Assembly (NCBI GenBank): GCA_051532055.1
Contig: JAOPTX010000078.1
Span: 1-11,731, forward strand
Origin: Fibrobacterales bacterium
Lineage (GTDB): Bacteria > Fibrobacterota > Fibrobacteria > Fibrobacterales > JAOPTW01
Direction of reading: 5' to 3'
Length of the DNA stretch: 11,731 nucleotides
In this document: piece by piece, positions 1 through 7,000 of the stretch
Numbering within the stretch: position 1 is the first letter of the stretch
Layout: each line of letters begins with the position of its first letter
The notes under the pieces: generated by a model
What the model was told of the DNA's origin: nothing
Database searches by the model: none
The model's input: the letters and a program-made list of their open reading frames with translations, nothing else
Translations under genes and position numbers: made by a program

Positions 1-716
1 GTAGGTCCTTGGTTAGTCAACAACAACTTTCCTTGAGTAGAAATAGTTCCATGATAATTACTTGCACTCTTTGCATTGCCTGTACTTATAAAATTACCCT
101 GCATGTCATTGTACCCAAATACCCTCATCCTGCCATTAATGCAACTCGAACCGTTGTGGAACACATCACCATAAATATCAAATACTGCATCAGTACAATT
201 GATGGGAGTCGCAATGAACATTCCGTAATTAACGTCACCTTTGGGGCAACTATTGGGCGCTTCTTTATAGAAGCCCGCTACATTATAAGCCACATTTTTA
301 ACGACCCGACTATTGCCCGTCCCTAATGCATCTACATTAAAAACAAATTGATACGTATTATCATTAACCCGTTTAAACCCAACGATATGTACCTTAGCAT
401 TCATTGTTGATGGTACTATTTCTGACGTTGCATTAAAAACAATCTCTGTACCTTGTTTTTGAATATCCTCAAGATAATTGATGGTAGCAGCCACTCGTTC
501 TGTAGAATGTACAAGCCAACTTTCTACTGCTGAAAGAGCATTGTTAAACAACACTTCTGATGATTGTGCCGCAACCCTACTCCCCGATGTTTTATTTTCA
601 TTACTCAAATATTGACTAATAGTCGTTGTAGCAACAGTTGCGAGAATAATAATTGAAAGAACCAATATAATTGAGAAGCCCATTTCATTTTTGTCTTTAC
701 TTCTTGCTGTATTCAA
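1..716 (-). CDS. PilX/GspK-like minor type IV pilin or pseudopilin-like protein, 5' part only (runs off the left edge)
   Basis: Read manually; absent from the ORF track because there is no stop in the window. TTG at 716-714 lies 6 nt after AGGAG (727-723), followed by 238 open codons: MNTARSKDKNEMG|FSIILVLSIIILATVATTTISQYLSNENKTSGSRVAAQSSEVLFNNALSAVESWL... The charged leader, G|F site and hydrophobic helix fit a class III (prepilin) signal. Position +5 is Leu rather than Glu, as in PilX/GspK-type subunits. Confidence 0.8.
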   Translation of the reverse strand, partial: MNTARSKDKNEMGFSIILVLSIIILATVATTTISQYLSNENKTSGSRVAAQSSEVLFNNALSAVESWLVHSTERVAATINYLEDIQKQGTEIVFNATSEIVPSTMNAKVHIVGFKRVNDNTYQFVFNVDALGTGNSRVVKNVAYNVAGFYKEAPNSCPKGDVNYGMFIATPINCTDAVFDIYGDVFHNGSSCINGRMRVFGYNDMQGNFISTGNAKSASNYHGTISTQGKLLLTNQGP

Positions 717-720
717 AATG

Positions 721-728
721 TTCTCCTT
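721..728 (-). promoter_or_regulatory. Shine-Dalgarno sequence for the pilin-like gene
   Basis: AAGGAGAA on the - strand; the AGGAG core is 6 nt upstream of TTG 716. Confidence 0.7.
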
Positions 729-767
729 CACAGTCAATCAGAATTAAGAACTACCATTCATTACGCT

Positions 768-781
768 ATAGTACCATTATA
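768..781 (-). promoter_or_regulatory. Candidate -10 elements for the pilin-like gene
   Basis: The - strand reads TATAATGGTACTAT: a TATAAT (781-776) overlapping an extended -10 TGgTACTAT (776-768), about 50 nt upstream of the start. The region is AT-rich, so a chance match is possible. Confidence 0.35.
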
Positions 782-1022
782 AACGCTCAGCCATTATTCT
801 TAATCACTTATTGACATATAATGAAAACCCTCATTAGTTTATTCTACTCGCTTCTACAGTATTCACTTTTTAGAGGTGCCCTAAGCCCCTAGAACATGTA
901 GTCTATTTAAATTATACACTTATATATCTCGTTATTTATATTGTATCCCAAACTATGGATTTATTCCATATTTATACTCATTACTTTAATCTTATTCCCT
1001 CAATAAAATGATAAAGCCCATG

Positions 1023-1047
1023 AAACTAAAGGGGTTCAGTATCCCCT
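1023..1047 (-). terminator. Possible weak intrinsic terminator downstream of the glycoside hydrolase
   Basis: The - strand reads AGGGG-atactgaa-CCCCT followed by TTAGTTT, about 45 nt after the stop. The stem is only 5 bp and the U-tract is interrupted. Confidence 0.3.
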
Positions 1048-1093
1048 ATGGATCCGCATGGGTAGTGCTGTCCTCCAAATTTGCTGCATATTA

Positions 1094-2713
1094 TTATCGG
1101 ATAGTAATCATTGAGCGATACGCCTTGATTCCCTGCTGTATCCAAACGACATAGACACCACCACTCAACGAGTGACTCAATTGAATCACCCCAGGGTATT
1201 CTTGACTGGCAACGCCGCCCTGCACCTTTTCACCATATACCGTGTACACAGCCCACCCCACAGAACCCGACACTACCACAGAGAGAGTATTTTGGTTTAC
1301 ACTCAGCACTTTTAACGGTAAATTATTATGATGTTGTATGGGCGCAACAGACTCTATGGCACTATATAACTGAGACGAACCATCCTCAACACTCTGCGAC
1401 TCACTTGAAAAAGAGTTCGAGGATTCCGTTTTTGTTTCGGGATCAGAAGAACTCATTTCGACGTCTGAAGAGCTTGAACTGATACTGACACTTGAAGATA
1501 CTATATCATCAGAAGAAATGTCTTCACTTGAAAATTCCGTTTGTCCCAAATTATCCATACCCGCAATAGCGGCGTCAACATCAAGATTTACAAAGTGGTC
1601 GCGCACCGCATTCAATTCGATTTGATACCCTGCATTATCTGTATGCTCTTTTCGTAAGATATACAATCGGTGAATTTGCTCAAGCTCGTACTGTTTGTAC
1701 TTCACCCCTAATTTATCTTGAGTTATGGTTAAAAAGGTATATCCCCACTCAACCGTTGGTTCAAACATGGTTCCTTCACCATAATCATTCCAGGTAATGA
1801 GCTGAAGTGCTTGAATGGTGCTCTGAAACTCGATTGCTAGATCAAGGGTTTTTATTAGAGTACCGCCATCTTCCTTACCAATATCAAAATACGAGTCCTG
1901 CGCTCCACCTTCTTCATAGTAGTCATGAAATCCAGGATATGCACCACCCATAGCAAAAAAGAGACTGGGGGCTTTGTTTTCATAAAAACTCCGCGTGTCA
2001 TTAACTCCACCACTAAAAACCCAGTCATACTCGCCATCACCTTTTGCCCCAACATCACCAATCTTATTTGGCAGCGTTAAAAAGACGGTCTCTTGGCCAA
2101 CCCCATCCATTGCTTGATTCCAATTTGATTCACCAAACAGTGTAATAGGACCAAAAATACCATAAAAGGGTTCATCATTAAAAAAGGTGATGAAGTTGTC
2201 TTTGCTAAAATAGTTATTCTTTATATAAGTGATATTTGCTTTAACATCACCGAGGCCCGATGAAAAACGATCTTCCATAATAACACTAAACTGCATATCT
2301 AATTTTTGAGACATATCTACAATGGCATTTGAATTTTTGAGTAGTTCACCAACATCACCATTGTTGCCGACTTCGCCATACCAATTTATAAGTACCCCAT
2401 CTATGCCACTATACTTCATCAAAAGCAGATGGTTCTCAATAACCACCGTGTCTTCACTATCATAGGTGCCAATGAGGGGATAATAGTGCGCAGCAATGTC
2501 ACGACGCCCCGTAACCTCATCAATAATAGTATCAGGGTTTTTGGTATTCATTGTCCAATGCCACCCCCAATTTCCATTGTTAAATTCTGGGGTATCCCAC
2601 CAAGGCATGTAGTGCATAAATACTGGTTTGGTGAACGATTTTTCTACTGATGCAGCACCCAGATAGGTCACTGCAATAAATGCAAAAAACATAATACGAA
2701 TAGTACGTTTCAA
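1094..2713 (-). CDS. Secreted GH71/GH99-like glycoside hydrolase with Ser-rich linker and T9SS type A-like C-terminal domain (539 aa)
   Basis: Motifs VFMHYMPWW, IAAHYYPLIGTYDS, HLLLMKYSGIDGVLINWYG, YPGFHD and LITWNDYGEGTMFEP are typical of GH99/GH71-like TIM barrels. Start reassigned to the in-frame TTG at 2713 (AGGGGA 6 nt upstream), which gives the signal peptide MKRTIRIMFFAFIAVTYLGA. Ser/acidic linker at ~1370-1540; tail ...VYTVYGEKV...LSGGVYVVWIQQG...MITIR; tandem TAA TAA stops. Confidence 0.85.
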   Translation of the reverse strand: MKRTIRIMFFAFIAVTYLGAASVEKSFTKPVFMHYMPWWDTPEFNNGNWGWHWTMNTKNPDTIIDEVTGRRDIAAHYYPLIGTYDSEDTVVIENHLLLMKYSGIDGVLINWYGEVGNNGDVGELLKNSNAIVDMSQKLDMQFSVIMEDRFSSGLGDVKANITYIKNNYFSKDNFITFFNDEPFYGIFGPITLFGESNWNQAMDGVGQETVFLTLPNKIGDVGAKGDGEYDWVFSGGVNDTRSFYENKAPSLFFAMGGAYPGFHDYYEEGGAQDSYFDIGKEDGGTLIKTLDLAIEFQSTIQALQLITWNDYGEGTMFEPTVEWGYTFLTITQDKLGVKYKQYELEQIHRLYILRKEHTDNAGYQIELNAVRDHFVNLDVDAAIAGMDNLGQTEFSSEDISSDDIVSSSVSISSSSSDVEMSSSDPETKTESSNSFSSESQSVEDGSSQLYSAIESVAPIQHHNNLPLKVLSVNQNTLSVVVSGSVGWAVYTVYGEKVQGGVASQEYPGVIQLSHSLSGGVYVVWIQQGIKAYRSMITIR

Positions 2714-2719
2714 ATAGAA

Positions 2720-2725
2720 TCCCCT
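2720..2725 (-). promoter_or_regulatory. Shine-Dalgarno sequence for the glycoside hydrolase
   Basis: AGGGGA lies 6 nt upstream of the in-frame TTG at 2713. Confidence 0.6.
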
Positions 2726-2805
2726 GGCAGTATGTGTATCTATAAAAGTATACTGACTGAAGCACAATGGAGCTACATTTTTATTTATTATACTAGCGAC
2801 ACACC

Positions 2806-2882
2806 ATTTTACCATGTATATTTCAATTTTTGTTTGAAATATACATGGTAAAATACTATACTTTAACCATGTACATTTCAAA
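2806..2882. repeat. Three copies of a ~20-bp box in alternating orientation, including a perfect 21-bp inverted repeat
   Basis: 2806-2826 ATTTTACCATGTATATTTCAA is the exact reverse complement of 2834-2854 TTGAAATATACATGGTAAAAT, with a 7-nt spacer. The third copy, 2862-2881 TTTAACCATGTACATTTCAA, matches copy 1 at 18/20. Confidence 0.95.
2834..2862 (+). promoter_or_regulatory. Candidate sigma70 promoter of the ATPase gene
   Basis: TTGAAA (2834-2839), 17-nt spacer, TATACT (2857-2862), ending 28 nt before ATG 2891. Confidence 0.65.
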
Positions 2883-2890
2883 TAACCCTT

Positions 2891-4045
2891 ATGATAGATA
2901 GAAAAACTAGAAAACATATTGAAAAATATATGAGCCACTTTCCTGTTGTAGCGATACTTGGCCCACGACAATGTGGCAAGAGTACACTTGCTCATTATAT
3001 TACAAATTCCTATGAAAACAGCCTGTTTGTCGACCTAGAAAAAGAGTCTGACAGGGCAATGCTTCAAGAACCAGAGCAATTTTTTGAAATTAATAAGGGT
3101 AGAACAATATGTCTCGATGAGATTCAGTTACTGCCGGAAATTTTTACATCAATGCGTTCCGAAATAGATAGCGACCGGAGACCCGGGCGATTTTTAATAC
3201 TGGGCTCTGCATCCGAAGAGCTATTACGGCAAAGTTCTGAAACACTGGCAGGTAGAATATGTTATATCGAACTCACTCCTTTCTTACTCACTGAAGTGAC
3301 CAATACCCATTCATTATATGACCTATGGAATAGAGGTGGGTTCCCCGATAGCCTAACTGCAATTGACAATGAATTAAGTATGGTGTGGCGAGAAAACTAT
3401 ATTCGTACATTCTTAGAAAGAGACCTCCCCGCCCTGGGAATAAATATAAACAGCCTTAAATTACGTAAATTATTACAACTACTCGCTCATTCCCAAGGCC
3501 AGCTCATTAACTATTCTAAGTTAGCGACACTCCTAGAACAATCCAGTCAAAGTTGTCGAAACCACATTGAATTGCTAGAAAAAACGTTTATCGCTCGAGT
3601 TCTTCTTCCATTTGAAGGAAATGTAAAGAAAAGAATTTCAAAATCTCCTAAGGTTTTTATTCGTGATAGTGGACTCCTTCATACCCTTCTTGAAATTGAG
3701 CATGCCAATAAGTTATTGACCCATCCCGTTATGGGAAACTCCTGGGAAGGCTTTGTAATAGAGCAGATCTATGCTCATTTTCCCAAATGGCGTTATTCAT
3801 TTTTTAGAACGAGTAATGGAGCAGAAGTCGATTTAATTGCACAAAAAGGCGAATACACAATTGCTATTGAGTGTAAATCAGGTAAAACTCCCAAGGTATC
3901 CAAAGGATTTTATCTTTCATGTGATAGTTTAGAAATTACTGATCGCTGGGTAATTGCCCCAATCGATACTCCCTACCCCTTGTCTGGCGGAGTAATGGTT
4001 GGATCCATACGTGACATAATCTCTCATATGGAAAAGTGTGATTAA
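2891..4045 (+). CDS. AAA_14 + DUF4143 family ATP-binding protein with C-terminal PD-(D/E)xK-like motif (384 aa)
   Basis: Walker A GPRQCGKS (2960-2983), Walker B ICLDEIQ (3107-3127), and family motifs FLILGSAS, SETLAGRI, RGGFP, KSPKVFIRDSGL and GNSWEGFV. The C-terminal FRTSNGAEVDLI...IAIECK resembles a restriction-endonuclease-fold motif. No clear SD sequence. Confidence 0.92.
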   Translation: MIDRKTRKHIEKYMSHFPVVAILGPRQCGKSTLAHYITNSYENSLFVDLEKESDRAMLQEPEQFFEINKGRTICLDEIQLLPEIFTSMRSEIDSDRRPGRFLILGSASEELLRQSSETLAGRICYIELTPFLLTEVTNTHSLYDLWNRGGFPDSLTAIDNELSMVWRENYIRTFLERDLPALGININSLKLRKLLQLLAHSQGQLINYSKLATLLEQSSQSCRNHIELLEKTFIARVLLPFEGNVKKRISKSPKVFIRDSGLLHTLLEIEHANKLLTHPVMGNSWEGFVIEQIYAHFPKWRYSFFRTSNGAEVDLIAQKGEYTIAIECKSGKTPKVSKGFYLSCDSLEITDRWVIAPIDTPYPLSGGVMVGSIRDIISHMEKCD

Positions 4046-4097
4046 AAGTCAATACTCAAATCACCTACTAGATCGAGGACCATACCCCGCTATCTCA

Positions 4098-7000
4098 TTA
4101 CTCTGGCAGCATCTGAACCCAATCTACATTCCAGTTAATGCCATAGAATAGAGCACTAAATTTATAGGTTCCCGTTGGAGCGGTAATGGTATTGTTATCA
4201 TATACAACCTTCCAACTGGTCCAACCACCATCATGTTCCTGTCGAGAAATACTTCCATAGGTGCTATTATTAAACTGATAATTTATACTATGTGCATACG
4301 TCGCATCATTACTCGATTTCCTCAGGGATACTCTATACGTTCCTCCAGAAAAGACTACGCTATTCCAATCAATCCAATCAGGTGCAGCTCCGGAATTATC
4401 ATCGAGATCCCCGGCGTAATACCCATCATAAAAGGTTATATCATAGGAATTACTCCGTGCCTCTGCTTCAAAATGATACATACTTCTACTTTGGGCTGAT
4501 TCATTCCCTGCATTATCATACGCAAGTACCGAATAGGTTTGATATCCACCACGCCCTATCCACAGTGAAGTACCCGAAGTTACCGTCCCAATAAGAGTAC
4601 TCGAATTTCGATAGACCTTATACCCTGCAACTCCAGAGGCAGCATCTGTGGACGCACCCCAATTTATATTAAAGCCACCATTAGTAAACCCAGACGTTGT
4701 AATACTTGTTGGCACCGATGGTGCAGTATTGTCTTGAACAAAGTTTGCTTGAACTGCACCATTGCCTCCGGTAATCAAAGCATAACTCGCCGCAGTACTT
4801 GCAGCACTAAAACTCGCCGTGACCGCTCCACCATCATCCGTCCAATTATTAAAATAATAGGTTGCATCAGGTGTTGCCGAAATATAATACCAACGATTAT
4901 CCATTGCAGTATGTGCACCACTTGGCCAAACTGTTCCACCGGTACCTGCATTAATGGTAAGAGTTCTTCGTGTCCACGAAGTAACCCAATCCCCTACTTC
5001 CATATTGATCCGCGTTCCGTGGTACCCACCTTTTTTATCGCGAACCACATCACCCAATGATTGATTAAAATCCCAATAGGCAACGAGGTTCCCACTATTA
5101 TGGAGAGTCTCATAGGATTCAAAGTGGTTACGATAGATTTCTCCTGATGTTCGCACATCATTCCAAAGACGTACCTCATCAATATCACCATCATAAAAAT
5201 ATTCGCCGTACACATTATAACCGATATAAATATCTGATCTATTAATGGTAGAGACAGCATTAAGCGTTCCGGTAGTGAGTTGTCCGCCATTTTTATAGAC
5301 CACTGTAGCACCATTTGACGCAATAGTTACAGCAATATGCGTCCAGGCATCAAGATCGAAAGGATCATTATAATTAATATCTAAAAACCCCCCTTCTTGC
5401 GACCCGATACGCAAATTACGATTATTTGCAATACCGCCAATGTTTAGTGTCTGAGAACCCCCATTACCCATTGCGAAAATAACCGGCACTGTTGCTCGTG
5501 TTGCATCCATATACACCCACGCTTCAAAGGTAAAACCGGACGACCAGTCTTCATTGATATCGGGCAAATCAACATATTCAGAAGTTCCCCCATCAAAAGA
5601 GAGTGCGTTTTCCGGTTCTGTTGTAAAGCTTGCCGTTACTTCACCATCACCAATGAGTGTTGCTGCGGTCCTAAAGTCATTCACACTCCCCAGCGTGATA
5701 TTCCCCGGATTGGTGGTTTCTGTCCATCCATTAAATGCATACCCTGTTGACGGCGTCGCGATAACATACCCCGAATGCCCCGTCGCCAAATCAACCGTTG
5801 GAGTTGGGGCAACAGTACCATTAGCGCCCGCTGTAACGGTCAGTGTATTGGTCGTAAAAGAACTGACCCAATCGTCATGATCCATATCCGTAAGGATACC
5901 ATCATACGTACCTGTACTCTCATAGAGGGTGTCACCCATTACATGATTAAAGTCCCAATGTGCAAGCATGTTATCACTAGAAATATATGACCCATACAAG
6001 TTGAACATATCATTTTGTATTTCTGCCTGACTCCGTATATCGGTCCAGATACGTACATCATCGATATACCCATCAAATGATTCATCGTTGGCATTGCCTG
6101 CCCCTGAGGCAAATCTATTGAATTGGGTAACGCCATCGCCCACAAAGTTTGGTGCAGTTCCAGATCCAACCACTGCTCCATTTTTATAAATGGTAATGTC
6201 GCCACTACTGGTGGCACTCATTGCTACATGCGTCCAAGTATCAAGAGTAACGTAACTTGCTATAGGAGTCATGGTACAGGTTCCTCCTCCATCACACACT
6301 GAAAATCTCAGTGTCGTACCTGTGCCATCCGAATAAATCACAAACCCATCATTTGATCCACTCCCCTCCCTGAAGTAGAGAGGCCGTGACCAGTTTTGAA
6401 GGTTATCCCAATATATCCATGCCTCAACAGTATAGCTTCCCGTTGATTGAAAATCGATATCGGGTAGTTCAACATATTCATGAGTTCCTGCGGGATAACT
6501 TCCTGCATTATTTGTTGCACCGGTAAAATGAAGTGCATTATCGGGTTTCGTTACAAAATTAGCCTGCACTTCTCCGGAGCCCGTAGCAGTAACTGTTGTA
6601 GTAAGGGCCGCACTATCAGTAATAGTTAAATTGCCCGGATTGGTCGGGCGACTCCACCCGTTAAACGTATAACCAGCGGAGGGTGTTGCATGGAGTGCCA
6701 TTGGGTTAACGACCTGGCTGGTTCCGGCATTATCTACCGAACCATTGGCACCTGCGGTAATAGTGAGTTGTGGACGTTGATTCACCAGATAATTTTCACT
6801 GCGTTGATTTTCATAGGCCAGTTTAATCCAGTCATCCGAACGTGTGACCGAATGGATCTCTACCTGATCCATCAGTCCATCCCAGTGGCGAGTATCATTC
6901 CCTGCACCGGTGCGGCCGATCTGCATTACCGATGCTGTTTTGGAAGTGTACGTTGTAGCAGCCATATCTGTACTTTGAACCTTTACTCCGTTTACATAGA

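Noticed and set aside
9..326. 105-aa + strand ORF
   Set aside because: It is an antisense shadow of the pilin-like gene, with no recognisable motifs or SD.
811..822. TTGACATATAAT: perfect -35 and -10 hexamers directly adjacent on the + strand
   Set aside because: With zero spacing they cannot act as one promoter, each lacks a convincing partner, and there is no + strand gene downstream. Probably chance in AT-rich DNA, although an antisense promoter (TTGACA-18-TAGTTT) cannot be excluded.
1855..2765. Small ORFs 1855-2061, 2429-2650 and 2580-2765
   Set aside because: They are alternative-frame or antisense shadows of the hydrolase gene.
2806..2882. Repeat array considered as a CRISPR array, IS/MITE ends or a terminator
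   Set aside because: The copies alternate in orientation with only ~7-nt gaps. There is no cas gene, transposase or target-site duplication, and the array lies between divergent gene starts rather than after a stop.
2714..2995. N-terminal 94-codon extension of the hydrolase ORF in the track
   Set aside because: It overlaps the ATPase gene and its promoter/repeat array and is not protein-like. TTG 2713 has an SD and yields a proper signal peptide.
4046..4097. Expected bidirectional terminator between the convergent ATPase and giant genes
   Set aside because: I found no convincing stem-loop or U-tract in the 52-bp gap.
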